Notes: generated from the sequence alone by a model not told the origin. A stretch of 64,000 bases of DNA from Candidatus Hydrogenedentota bacterium (GCA_034669905.1 JAXMOL010000025.1:32001-96000), one strand, 5' to 3'; shown: positions 10,464 to 20,815, counted from the stretch's first letter. Made by a program: numbers and translations.

Positions 10464-13379
10464 CTATTCCCGTGACTCCCGTCCCGTAAGCATCAAGAGT
10501 CCAGCCAACAGCAATGCCACCAAGACCAAGTCGCTACCGGGAAAAGCAGGCGACGCTCCGCCAGCAGCATGACAACTCGTCGGAAACTTTTCACCTTCAC
10601 CTTCACCTTCTCCTTCACCTTCTCCTTCTCCTTCACCCTCTCCTTCACCTTCGCCCTCACCAGCCTGCTCTGCCGCCGCGGAGATCTCGCTCTCCGCCAG
10701 CAAGCCATCCATATCCGAATCCATCGTGTCGAAAATCGAGGAATCAAGCGAGGCATAGGCGGCGAGTGCTTCGCTGAAACTAAGTCGGCCATCCGCATCG
10801 AGATCGGCAACGCTGAAACCCGCCTCCAACGACAAACCTGCCGTCCGGATCTCCGTGTTGGTAGGCTTCTCTGGAAGGGGATCGGAATCGGGCTCGCCAT
10901 AGACAAAGAGTGTGTAGCTACCCACGCCGACTTTCCGATTGTTCTCGACCTTCACATAGTAGGTACCGCCCGAGCGGGAACGCCACACGATTTCCGATGC
11001 GAGGCCACCACTCCGGCCACGGCCATAGCTACCGACATCCTTACGCACCACCCGCTCCTTGGGATCATACAACTGCAGCAAAGCCTCCATGTCATCAGAG
11101 ACCTCCGCCACGCGTATGGTGCAGCGGGTACCCTTGGGGAAATCGACCTGATAGTAGTCCACGTCCCCCACGTGCTCGATGAGCCCGTAGACAGGCGTGT
11201 TATCGATAGGAACCTTCGTAGCCTCCGGTCGGGTGTCTCCCCCCGTATCGCTCGAAATCCCCTGAACGCGCACCTGAAGCCGGGCCGCACGATGAAATTC
11301 TTCCTTGACCGGCGTCTCCTCCAGGTCGAGGTACTCATCCTCCCGATCGTGGTGACGCCGACGTCGCGATTCGTTCGTCTCAACCGCCTCTCCATCCCGA
11401 TTGTGGGCCCTGATTACGATATCGTAGAACCCGTCCTTGCGGCCCTCAAAGTCCGTAAGCGCTCCGCTATAGATGCCATCCGCTTTATTTCGATCAGCGC
11501 CCACACCATCATCCCGCAACTCCATGAAAATCCGCTCGCCACCTGCGGCCGTAATTTCCGCCACCACCGACGCCCCCGTTATCGGGAGGTCCTTCTCCAG
11601 CAACGCCGAGATACGTAGTGGCTCCGGATAGGTCAGATCGTTGTTTACCAGCCCCGCCGTCATTTGGATCTCGCTACGCTTTTCTTTCAAATCCCCCCGG
11701 GCCTGGACGTTGTAGCGCAGGGTCCCAAATCCCTTCAGACTCGCGGCCGACATCGTCCACACACCCGGCTCCGGCGAGGGAACCCGATACAACAAAACGT
11801 GACTGCCATACTGGGCTACCGCCACCCCTTGTTCCACCGCATTTTCCACCGTTATCGCCTTTCCCGACGGCGAAGTAAGGGTCACCTCAAAGTCCTCCTC
11901 CAGCCCCCAGGAACTCAGAAAGGTAATTTCCCCAATGCCCGTGTCGACCGGCCACTCGAACACATCAAACGTGCCACCCTTATCCGTTTCGCCAAATTCT
12001 TCTTCTCCGTTGTCGACGAGATAGTCGTTCGCGCTTACCTCGGCAGCCATCACAGCGTAAAGATCGGTCAGGTACGCAGGGTCGTCCGTTTGGAAGACCT
12101 GACCACCCGTCCCGCTCGCAAGCCGATTCAACTGGTCCCAATCGGCATCGCCAATCCCCACCGCATGCACACGTACCCCCTGATTCACATAACGGGAAAT
12201 CCACTCATCCGGATCCGATCCCACATTGCTAACCCCATCACTCAAGAGCACCACCGCACGCGGGCGAAAAACATCAGCGTTCGCATCCGGATCCTCTGAA
12301 CCCAACTCAAGACTATTGGTCAAATACAGCCACGCCCGACGAAGGGCATCCCCCATGGCCGTCCCGCCTTCCGCCTCCAGCGGAAGGATGGCACTCTCAA
12401 ACCCGGGATGGGGAGGGTCCTGGTCGATGCCCGCAGGCGGAATAACAATATCCTGAACGGTATCGTTAAAGGCGAGCACCCCAACCCGGTCACCAAGGTG
12501 CGTCAACGCCGTCAGGATGTTCGCCCCCGATTTCGCATAGATCAGTTTTTCCCCCGCCATACTGCCCGATTGATCAATCGCCATAATCGTCTGCACCCCG
12601 GGCACATCCTGAAAGATGAGCTCGACGGCCTCATCGCCCCCCATCTGGAAAAGCGGACCTTCAGCAGGGTGCACCAGATCTTCATAGTGGACGCGGGGTC
12701 GCTTAGCCAGGTCTTCGACCGGCGGTGGATCAAGCGCAAAAGGACGAACCAAGGTGGCCCAGCAAGAACTCCCATGGTAACGCTCCTGCGCCGTCATAAG
12801 GGAGTGCGTGGTTTCAATACACAATTCGTCTTGCTCATAGGAATTCCCCATAATGCAAGGGCACTCCACATCCGTACTGTGTGGCCGATATTCAGTGTCA
12901 TCGTCTTCGGTGGAGAATACAACGTACTCGTCAAACAGGCCGTAGACGTAATGACCAAGCTCATGGGCAAGAACCCGTCCATTATCCTCCGCACTGTTGG
13001 GTTCCGTATAGAGGTCGATGTCGCCAAAAACCCTTCCGAAACTATTATCCACCCCGAAAGCACGCCCCGACCGATCCTGAAAGTAGACATCACAGTGCTG
13101 GTTCTCAACATCGTTCTCGTAAATATAGATACGACGAAGCTTGTGCTTCCCCTCCGTGATGTTAAATAAGTGCCGCGATCCTGAACGAAACACCGCCGGC
13201 AAATAGCTTTCCAAATCGTCTGCGGAGGGAGACCAGTCCAGGGTGACCACCAGGTCAAAGTAGGTGAATCCCGCCTCTGCATCGTAGACGGCCCGTGACA
13301 AGGGATGGTTGTTGGCATTCGCCCCGAAACAGAAAATGAGCGCAGACAACACGCCCCCAAAAGCAATAGAAAGACGCAT
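10464..13379 (-). CDS. CLCA-like surface protein: signal peptide, HExxH metalloprotease, VWA, beta-sandwich/choice-of-anchor, PPC-like, EF-hand-like, GE repeat, C-terminal anchor
   Basis: HELGHYVYGLFDEY; MIDAS DQSGS...GGT...LSDG; DDGVGADRNKADGIYSG; DLDADGRLS and DSDMDGLL; (GE)n linker; C-terminal TM followed by basic residues. Confidence 0.85.
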   Translation of the reverse strand: MRLSIAFGGVLSALIFCFGANANNHPLSRAVYDAEAGFTYFDLVVTLDWSPSADDLESYLPAVFRSGSRHLFNITEGKHKLRRIYIYENDVENQHCDVYFQDRSGRAFGVDNSFGRVFGDIDLYTEPNSAEDNGRVLAHELGHYVYGLFDEYVVFSTEDDDTEYRPHSTDVECPCIMGNSYEQDELCIETTHSLMTAQERYHGSSCWATLVRPFALDPPPVEDLAKRPRVHYEDLVHPAEGPLFQMGGDEAVELIFQDVPGVQTIMAIDQSGSMAGEKLIYAKSGANILTALTHLGDRVGVLAFNDTVQDIVIPPAGIDQDPPHPGFESAILPLEAEGGTAMGDALRRAWLYLTNSLELGSEDPDANADVFRPRAVVLLSDGVSNVGSDPDEWISRYVNQGVRVHAVGIGDADWDQLNRLASGTGGQVFQTDDPAYLTDLYAVMAAEVSANDYLVDNGEEEFGETDKGGTFDVFEWPVDTGIGEITFLSSWGLEEDFEVTLTSPSGKAITVENAVEQGVAVAQYGSHVLLYRVPSPEPGVWTMSAASLKGFGTLRYNVQARGDLKEKRSEIQMTAGLVNNDLTYPEPLRISALLEKDLPITGASVVAEITAAGGERIFMELRDDGVGADRNKADGIYSGALTDFEGRKDGFYDIVIRAHNRDGEAVETNESRRRRHHDREDEYLDLEETPVKEEFHRAARLQVRVQGISSDTGGDTRPEATKVPIDNTPVYGLIEHVGDVDYYQVDFPKGTRCTIRVAEVSDDMEALLQLYDPKERVVRKDVGSYGRGRSGGLASEIVWRSRSGGTYYVKVENNRKVGVGSYTLFVYGEPDSDPLPEKPTNTEIRTAGLSLEAGFSVADLDADGRLSFSEALAAYASLDSSIFDTMDSDMDGLLAESEISAAAEQAGEGEGEGEGEGEGEGEGEGEGEGEKFPTSCHAAGGASPAFPGSDLVLVALLLAGLLMLTGRESRE
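10590..10661 (-). repeat. Hexanucleotide coding repeat (Gly-Glu)n
   Basis: TTCACC/TTCTCC tandem units encoding GEGEGE... in the CLCA-like gene. Confidence 0.9.
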
Positions 13380-13711
13380 TTCACAACCTCCGTGCGAGTC
13401 TGCCCAATAGCCAGTGCGATGTCTGGCAACACCGTTCTAATTCAGGAATGTCACAACCCGCCACGCACACACCATGGGGAGACACGGGTCATTCCTGCTC
13501 GAAAAACGTGCCCCCGTTGTCGTGGATAGGACACTGCGCAATGTCGCTCCAATAGAGAAACACGCCCAACTACACCGACAATTGTACCCGAGAATGCTAG
13601 ATTCGTAAACTGAACACAGAAACCCTGTACGCAACGACTGGGTCCAACTCCCGTTTTCCCCATGTGATTCACCCGAAGACATTGAGGTAAGATGGGGATG
13701 GAGAAACCCTA

Positions 13712-14926
13712 ATGCCGATACCCAGATACCTCCTAATCATCACGCTGATGGCACTGTCCGGCTTCGGCCAACGCGCCCTCGCAGCCCCCGCCGATTCCGC
13801 CGAAAGCAAAAAATCGAAGATCACCATCCGCGAACACACCATCTTTGATGGCGATCAAGGCTGGACCCACGACGGCGTAACCTACCGCCTCGCCTGTGGC
13901 GCCGCCATCAAACAGGCACCCAATGGCGACCTCCTCTGCTGGTGGCTCTCCGGGACGGATAGCGAACCCGCCACGGACAACAACGTCCTCATGGCGCGCT
14001 CCACGGACAAGGGCAAAACCTGGAGTGCACCTTCGATTTTCGTGCCCGCCGGTGAAATGGCCGGTGCGGTAACCAGCATGTACACCACCGCCGACGGACG
14101 CATGATCGCCTTCGGCGCCCAATGGCCGGCCGAGCTGCGCTACACCGTCTGGTATTACTTCCGCATGGAATCACAGGACAACGGCCACACCTGGACCGCG
14201 CCGAGCCCCGTCTCCTTCCACAACGACAACATCGCCTTCGGAAGCCCCATCCGACTGGCCAATGGAGAGCGACTCTTCGCCGCCTCCTTCTTCGACAAGC
14301 GCCCCAAGCCCCTGGAGGCGTCCATCATGGCATTGGTCCATGCCAAAACGGAGGCCGAAGCCCTGGCCATGCCGGCGGAAGACAAGAAATGGCACGACAC
14401 GAAATTCGCCACCCACCGCCACGGCGCATCCGTCCTCATCAGCGCCGATGAAGATGGAAAGGAGATGAAAGAGTACGGGTACATCGCGAACCGCCCCCTG
14501 GGACTCCTCGAGCCCTCGTGCATCCAACTCAAAGACGGCCGCATCGTCATGTTCCTGCGCGCCGAAATGGCCGGTTTCCTCTGGCGCGCCGAAAGCACCG
14601 ACAACGGCCGCACCTGGACCGACGCCTGGCAGACCGACATCCCCAACCCCACCTCCGCCATCCATATCCTCCGCCTCGCCGATGGCCGCATCGCCCTCCT
14701 ACACAATGCCTGCGGCGAAGTCGGAAAAATGATCCCCCGCGATCCCCTGTCCATCTGGATAAGCGACGACGAACTGGAGACCTGGTCGATTAAAGAAGAC
14801 CTCCTCCACGGCGGCTGGCTCGCCTACCCCTGCGGACTAATCCTCGACGGAAAACTCGTCTTCACCTACGACCGCAACCGCCGCCAGGCCCAATTCGTCG
14901 AAGTCCATATCGCCCCAGCGGAATAA
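13712..14926 (+). CDS. Secreted sialidase-like BNR/Asp-box propeller protein
   Basis: Signal peptide; Asp boxes STDKGKTWS, SQDNGHTWT, STDNGRTWT; EP...FLR; AYP. Confidence 0.85.
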   Translation: MPIPRYLLIITLMALSGFGQRALAAPADSAESKKSKITIREHTIFDGDQGWTHDGVTYRLACGAAIKQAPNGDLLCWWLSGTDSEPATDNNVLMARSTDKGKTWSAPSIFVPAGEMAGAVTSMYTTADGRMIAFGAQWPAELRYTVWYYFRMESQDNGHTWTAPSPVSFHNDNIAFGSPIRLANGERLFAASFFDKRPKPLEASIMALVHAKTEAEALAMPAEDKKWHDTKFATHRHGASVLISADEDGKEMKEYGYIANRPLGLLEPSCIQLKDGRIVMFLRAEMAGFLWRAESTDNGRTWTDAWQTDIPNPTSAIHILRLADGRIALLHNACGEVGKMIPRDPLSIWISDDELETWSIKEDLLHGGWLAYPCGLILDGKLVFTYDRNRRQAQFVEVHIAPAE

Positions 14927-14955
14927 CCCGCACCGCACCGAACGCAGACATCCCA

Positions 14956-15432
14956 CGCTCGGGACTCAGACATTCCCGTCTGACAGAATACCCGCCAGAG
15001 CCCCCCTCAACCACATCCACCAAAGTGGGATAGGCTTCCAGCCTGTCATGGCACCCACCCAACACAGCCGAGACAGCCTCACGCATTACCACCCAAACCG
15101 CACCCCAACGGCTTACATTGACCCTGCCCACCAGAGACCACGCCTCAGCCACATCCGCCAAAGTGGGATAGGCTTCCAGCCTGTCATAATGCCCGCCCAA
15201 CTCACCCCACGAAACGGCACCCAAGAAGGGGACGGCAAAAATCCGGAGCTTGGACACTCCTGTCCGAGACAAAGCACACGCCACGTCTCAGCCAAAACGA
15301 ATTCCACCCCCAGTCACCCGACACAGCCGGGACAGCCTCACGCGTCGACACCCACACCGCACCCCGACGTCGTTCGTTGCACCACCAGCACCACCCCAAA
15401 CCCGACGAAGCACAACGCGTGAAGGCAGTCCC
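14956..15432 (+). repeat. Composite REP/REPIN mosaic, copy 2
   Basis: Colinear with 10040-10379: M2 at 15064 and 15323, M3 at 15417; GTGGGATAGGCTTCCAGCCTGTCAT motif at 15022 and 15160. Confidence 0.85.
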
Positions 15433-15452
15433 CCACTGTCAACCGTCCACTC

Positions 15453-16505
15453 TCAACTCTCAATTGTAACCGCCGCACCACCCGTCTCCGCCGATTCAAA
15501 CAACGCCGCCATCACCTTATGACACGCCAGTGAGCGGTCCGGCCATTGGGGGTCTACCTTCCCCGACTGCACAATCGCCGAATAGGCCTCCACCAGCTTC
15601 ACCACATGGTCACAGGGTTCGACCTTCACCTCCACGTCCTTCCCCATCACATCCCCCAGAAAATAGTGGCCACTGCCGGTATAGGCCCCTTCGTAGGCGG
15701 AGAAGTCACCGCTCCGGCCCTGGCCCGCCACGAGGTCGTCCACCCGGATGAGACCCGTCTCGCCCACCGCCTCAAATTGCGAACGGTGCGGCAGTTCCAC
15801 ACCGCAATCGAAGGTCGCCATGCGCCCGTCGGAAAACCACAGGGTCCCGCCGCAGGCCACGATGGTGTCCACCGAATTCTTCGACACAAAGGTCATTTGC
15901 ACGCGCTCGGGCAGGGCGTAATTATACGCCCAGAGAATCGCGCCGATGGGATACCACCCTTGGTCGCCGAAACAGCCCATGGGCTCCCGGGTCTTGTCGG
16001 TGCGCCCGTTGCCCCCTTCGTACCACGCCTTGTCGGGGGCCTTAAAGGTGAAGGCGGCCGTAACGCGCCGCACATTCCCTAAATCGCCCGCTGCAATGCG
16101 CTGCTCCATCGCGTGGGTGCGCGTGCTGTGGACCCACATGGTGCCATCCATGAATTGCACCCCCTCTTCCCGGCACACCTGGATGGCTTCTTCGATACCA
16201 TCGGCAAAAGGCTTTTCCGCATAGACGTGCTTGCCCGCCCGGGCTGCCTTCTTGATCCACTCGTTCCGCAGCGCGCTCGGCAACGGAATGTAGACGGCAT
16301 CGATGCTCTCATCGGCGAGCAACTCGTCATAGGACGCAAAAGCACGGGGCACCTTGTGCTCCGCCGCCCACGCCTCGGCCTTTTCCAGTGAGCGACTGGC
16401 AACCGCCACCACTTCGGCGTTTCCGGCGTCGTGCATGCCCGCCACGACCTTGGTGGCAATTTCGGCGGTGCTCAAGATTCCCCAGCGAATCGTGCGATTT
16501 TCCAT
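15453..16505 (-). CDS. Gfo/Idh/MocA-family oxidoreductase
   Basis: IRWGILSTAEIA, DAVYIPLP, GKHVYAEKP. Confidence 0.92.
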   Translation of the reverse strand: MENRTIRWGILSTAEIATKVVAGMHDAGNAEVVAVASRSLEKAEAWAAEHKVPRAFASYDELLADESIDAVYIPLPSALRNEWIKKAARAGKHVYAEKPFADGIEEAIQVCREEGVQFMDGTMWVHSTRTHAMEQRIAAGDLGNVRRVTAAFTFKAPDKAWYEGGNGRTDKTREPMGCFGDQGWYPIGAILWAYNYALPERVQMTFVSKNSVDTIVACGGTLWFSDGRMATFDCGVELPHRSQFEAVGETGLIRVDDLVAGQGRSGDFSAYEGAYTGSGHYFLGDVMGKDVEVKVEPCDHVVKLVEAYSAIVQSGKVDPQWPDRSLACHKVMAALFESAETGGAAVTIES

Positions 16506-16868
16506 GATTTATCCCTTTCCATCGGCCTGCGGAACGGCCTGTAAATACTGTTAGAACCCGTTGCGGAACTTGAAGAGCCACCGCGTCAATTTCGGTCCCC
16601 TAGGATACCACGTAGCATTCCCCCACGCACCACAGAGGCCACGCCCACGGCACTAAAACAGGGAATTCGGCCGTGCCGCGCGATCCCGAGGAACGAGGGT
16701 TCGTGCGATTGGGGTGTGTCCACCGCACCCTTGGCAAGAGTCGATCTCATAGGGCTGTCGGGGAGCTTTACGCACGAACCCGTCAGGACTCGTTGAGACT
16801 CGCCTTTTGGGGATCGCGCGGCACAATCGGCACAGGATGTCGGCCCCCCCATTCACCGCGACAAGGCC

Positions 16869-19427
16869 TCAATGCTCCACCCGTTGATTGAAGAATGCGC
16901 CCTCGGAGAAGGCGGCGCGCAGATCGGCTTCATAGACCCGGCCTTCTTTATCGGAGGCGAGGATGATCCATGGTGCGTCCGCCGGATAGGGGTGTCGTGG
17001 GCCGGTGACGTTTTGGATGAAGCTGTTGTGCGCGGGGTCGGGCGCGATGACGGTCCGTGGGGTGCCGACTCCTTCGGGGTCGTCGGGAATCATGCGCGAG
17101 AATACAATCCGCGCACCGTGGGGTGGCGGCAGGGCCCGGTCATTGTCGCCGTAGCCGATGAGCACGGTGGCGCCGTCCGCACTCGACACCACAATGGGCC
17201 GGCTCGGGCGCGTGGTTTCCCCCAGGATTCCAAAGGGCCAGGGACGCCATGTGCCATCGGGGTCCCCTTCAAAGAGCGTAAACTGGGTCTTGCCCACCGC
17301 ATCGACCGAATTCTTTGTCGCCAGCCAGACAGCTCCCCCAGGCGCGAGGACGGTGTTCAGATGGTCGTCGCCAATCCTCCCCCCCAGCTGGATGGGCGCC
17401 TCTTCGTTCCACGCTCCCGTAGCCGCACCATCGGCATGGGCGCGAACCACGAAGCCCTCGCGCACCTGATCAGACCAGATGACACCCGTTTTCTTTCCGG
17501 GCAGGGGCGTCACCACACAAATATCGTCGGGCGCAACACCCTCGGCAAGTACAATCGGACCCGACCAAAGCGTGCCATCCTCCGGTGCCGTCCACACGCA
17601 CACCTTCACACCGGCCACCGCGGCGACCCACCACCTCCCCGCCGTGTCCTGCATGATGGTGGCTGTTTCGATGGCGTCCTCCGGCGACGGCGGGGCCAAC
17701 TCTGCGAGTACCTGGGGCTCCCAGCGCGACGCACCGCCCTCGCCCACCCGGGTGAGGCGGAATACGGTGACCGACGTATTGGTCTTTCGGTAGGCTTCCA
17801 GCCCAACGGCCGTCACACCGGAAACTCCGGGCCAGACATCCGCACGACGTGCGGTCCGCTCCAAGCCGTGGACGGCCTCGGGGTGCTCTACCCAGCCGGT
17901 GTCCGTGCGCTGCCAGAGCGACGGTCCCGATTCACGGGGCAAGAGGGCCCACCAGCACCCGTCCATATGCCACAACTTTGACTGGGGCTTGTCCGCCGTG
18001 GGCGCGGGGTAGTCCAATTGGAATACGGGCTCCGTGGCGGGGCGAAAGGCGGTTCCGACCGGAGCCTGCGCTTCCCCCTTCAACACGGCCGACAAGGCAG
18101 GCGTATCCAGCGAGCGCGTCAGGCGAAAGACCCCCGCCGGACCACCGGGTGCACCGCAATAAAAGAACACATGCTGCACGCCCCGGGCCACATCCATCAC
18201 CGCGCCCCCCGTGTGAAAGCCATCCGCCGTAGCGTAAAACTTGCCCCCCCGCTTGAAGAGGCGCCCCTCAAAGCGCCACTCGGCCGTCGCCCAATCCTCC
18301 GGCGCGATGCTGTAGAGGTTGATGGACATGTCCTCCCGCTTCGACTGAACCACTTCGAAACGTTTGGTCACGGGATTGAAACACATAGCCGAAGTGTCTA
18401 CCGACAGCTTGGTTTTCATGTTGGTGTTCGCCACATCGGTAATCGGCTCGTCACCAAAGGTGAAGCGCGCCTGGGCGAGGATGTCGACCGGACGTTGGTT
18501 ACGAATAATGGCGACAAAGCCCTCCTCATAGGGAATGACATCGGGCTCGGCGGGCTTGCACCAGTCGGGCAGGGCCAGCCGGTGCTTCTCCCAGGTCGCC
18601 CCCCGGTCGCGGGAACGGTAGACGGCGATTTCCCGGGCGATATCAATCGGGCGACCATCCTTTACGATGCTGTGGTGGGCAAAGAGCAGGGTACCATGGG
18701 CCGGGTCGTCGATGATGCGGGGTCCCACATACGCAAAGGGACCTTCGTGGCGATCCTCCCGAAAGGCGAGGCGCAGGTGGCTCCAGGTCGCGCCCTGGTC
18801 CTCCGAACGAAACACACCGTGGTCGCTGACGAGAAGCACGGCCCCGTCGCGGAGCGTACCAAGGGCGTTCAGGTGGAGCTTATAGCCCAGCGGACTCTTG
18901 TTCTCCGGATCAAATTTGAAGCGATGGACCAGCGGCACGGAGCCGCCCCGGTTGCGATCCTCGGGCATCATGCATTCCCGCACGTCATAGGGCGCCGACC
19001 AGGTCTCCCCCCCATCCTTCGAGCGAAGAATCGTGGAATAGGTCGTGTCCCCATCCGCACTACCGGCCAGTTTCTTGTTGTGTCCCGGCATGGCGCGATG
19101 GACGACTATCATCGTATCCCCCACCATCGTGGCCACGGGCCAGCCAAAGTGGTTGTTATCCCCCTTCGGGTGGGTGGGCAGATTGACCGGCGCCAATTCG
19201 AGGAGGCCCGCTGCCTGTGCCGACTCCAGGCGCGCCTGTTGCTGCGGGTCCGTATCGAGCAACCCCCGAACGAAGGAGGCCTCGTCGGTCGCGCCAAGGG
19301 CTTCCGCCGCCCCAGCCATCGGACCAACGCCCAACCCCAGCAGGCCCATCGAAAAGACAGCCACCGCCGCCAGGCCCTTCGCCGTACCCATCCCGCGCCG
19401 ATTCTTTCGTCCTGTTTCCTTCGTCAT
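16869..19427 (-). CDS. Secreted two-domain BNR/sialidase-like protein
   Basis: Signal peptide; Asp boxes SKDGGETWS, SEDQGATWS, SRDRGATWE; second propeller-like domain beginning ADKPQSKLW. Confidence 0.7.
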   Translation of the reverse strand: MTKETGRKNRRGMGTAKGLAAVAVFSMGLLGLGVGPMAGAAEALGATDEASFVRGLLDTDPQQQARLESAQAAGLLELAPVNLPTHPKGDNNHFGWPVATMVGDTMIVVHRAMPGHNKKLAGSADGDTTYSTILRSKDGGETWSAPYDVRECMMPEDRNRGGSVPLVHRFKFDPENKSPLGYKLHLNALGTLRDGAVLLVSDHGVFRSEDQGATWSHLRLAFREDRHEGPFAYVGPRIIDDPAHGTLLFAHHSIVKDGRPIDIAREIAVYRSRDRGATWEKHRLALPDWCKPAEPDVIPYEEGFVAIIRNQRPVDILAQARFTFGDEPITDVANTNMKTKLSVDTSAMCFNPVTKRFEVVQSKREDMSINLYSIAPEDWATAEWRFEGRLFKRGGKFYATADGFHTGGAVMDVARGVQHVFFYCGAPGGPAGVFRLTRSLDTPALSAVLKGEAQAPVGTAFRPATEPVFQLDYPAPTADKPQSKLWHMDGCWWALLPRESGPSLWQRTDTGWVEHPEAVHGLERTARRADVWPGVSGVTAVGLEAYRKTNTSVTVFRLTRVGEGGASRWEPQVLAELAPPSPEDAIETATIMQDTAGRWWVAAVAGVKVCVWTAPEDGTLWSGPIVLAEGVAPDDICVVTPLPGKKTGVIWSDQVREGFVVRAHADGAATGAWNEEAPIQLGGRIGDDHLNTVLAPGGAVWLATKNSVDAVGKTQFTLFEGDPDGTWRPWPFGILGETTRPSRPIVVSSADGATVLIGYGDNDRALPPPHGARIVFSRMIPDDPEGVGTPRTVIAPDPAHNSFIQNVTGPRHPYPADAPWIILASDKEGRVYEADLRAAFSEGAFFNQRVEH

Positions 19428-19542
19428 GATACGCTAACTTCCTTCCCCGGATAGTCTGCCTGATTCGTGGTTGCTTCCGCCGTGACACCGCCGCCAATTT
19501 TCAGGTACCCTGCACGGCATAGGGATACATTGTCAAAACAAG

Positions 19543-20562
19543 ATGGAAAACATGATGCAAACAACACGCACACACCCAGTCTTGATCGGCGCCCTGCTGG
19601 CGGCCTTCCTCACCGTGACCGCCCTTGCAACGGAAACCCGGGAAGAACCCATCCCCACCGGGTGGGCCGAATGGTACCGCCCCGTAGACAACCCCGTCTT
19701 CACCATCGACTACGGCAACAACCACGACTCAGTCCTCTTTGTAGAACCCGAACTGGAATATCCCTACCACCTCATCATCAGCCACGAAAAGGAGGCGGCC
19801 CACCTCTGGCGCACCAAACGCTTCTCTTGGAACAGCGCCGACTGGGAGTTGGTCAGTGACCAATATATCATCGGAAACCACTACGAATACGACGACGGCG
19901 TGAAGGTCGGCGACACGTATTATATTTACGAAGATGGTATCGTCTATACCTTCACCGGCCCCCTGGAAGAAGCCAGTGGACAGTGGAAAAAAGCGGGCAC
20001 CTTCCCGAAAAAGGAGTGCGACGACGCGGGCGTTTTCTACGAAGAGGGCGTCTTCCACCTCTTCGGCGAATACGGTCATTTCCCCCACGGCCCCGACGGC
20101 ACGAGCCTATCCCACTTCACCTCCACGACGGGGCTGGGTGATTGGACCCTCGTCAATGCAAAAGCCGTGGACCCCAATCCCGATGGGGGCCACACCTACG
20201 GCGTGGGCGACCCGACCATCGCCAAAATCGAGGGCATGTACTACATCTTCTGCGACCGGGAGTCGGAAGGCGTGCCCTACCGCGTCATCGCCTGGCAATC
20301 ACCCGATCTCAACACCCCTTTTGAATATAGGGGCGTTGCCCTCGCGCCCCGTTCCGACGAAACCGACGACTGGGACAACTACCGCATCCAGGATGCCGAC
20401 ATCGGTTACATCCCCGAACTGAAGCGTTACGTCCTGACCGTCAACATGAAAGACCACGACGGCAACCCCGGTGGCAACTTCCCCACCCTCGGCAAAAATC
20501 AAAGCCGGGTCATTGGCGTCTTTTATTCGCAGAGAACGCTACCCCCATCCCAAGTACCGTAA
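19543..20562 (+). CDS. Secreted five-bladed beta-propeller glycoside hydrolase-like protein (GH43/32/117-like)
   Basis: Signal peptide; DNPVF, GVGDPTIAKIEGMYYIF, DDWDNYRIQDAD. Confidence 0.65.
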   Translation: MENMMQTTRTHPVLIGALLAAFLTVTALATETREEPIPTGWAEWYRPVDNPVFTIDYGNNHDSVLFVEPELEYPYHLIISHEKEAAHLWRTKRFSWNSADWELVSDQYIIGNHYEYDDGVKVGDTYYIYEDGIVYTFTGPLEEASGQWKKAGTFPKKECDDAGVFYEEGVFHLFGEYGHFPHGPDGTSLSHFTSTTGLGDWTLVNAKAVDPNPDGGHTYGVGDPTIAKIEGMYYIFCDRESEGVPYRVIAWQSPDLNTPFEYRGVALAPRSDETDDWDNYRIQDADIGYIPELKRYVLTVNMKDHDGNPGGNFPTLGKNQSRVIGVFYSQRTLPPSQVP

Positions 20563-20606
20563 GCAGGACGGTGACGAATCGCACTTAGACAGGGGACCAA
20601 CTCCCC

Positions 20607-20812
20607 GGGACGGTCAACTCTTCCGCCCAAAGCGGAAAAAGGACTGTACCGGCAGTACGCCACGTCCCAATGTAAGCCACATCACCCCACGTCCCCTGAC
20701 ACTGCCGGGATAGCCTCACGCGTTATCGGTCACTCCCCAGCTTGGGGGTTGTTCGTTGGGCGACGGGCACATCCCCCAAACCCATCGACACACAAGGCGG
20801 GAAGGCAGTCCC
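20607..20812 (+). mobile_element. Complete tripartite REPIN-like element
   Basis: Lead hairpin, M1 at 20641, M2 at 20701, M3 at 20797. Confidence 0.8.
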
Positions 20813-20815
20813 CCC

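Noticed and set aside
10569..11618. ORF with FTFTFSF repeat
   Set aside because: Antisense shadow of the GE repeat in the CLCA-like gene.
9004..15432. Integron cassette array
   Set aside because: No integrase and no recognisable attC sites; genes are in mixed orientation.
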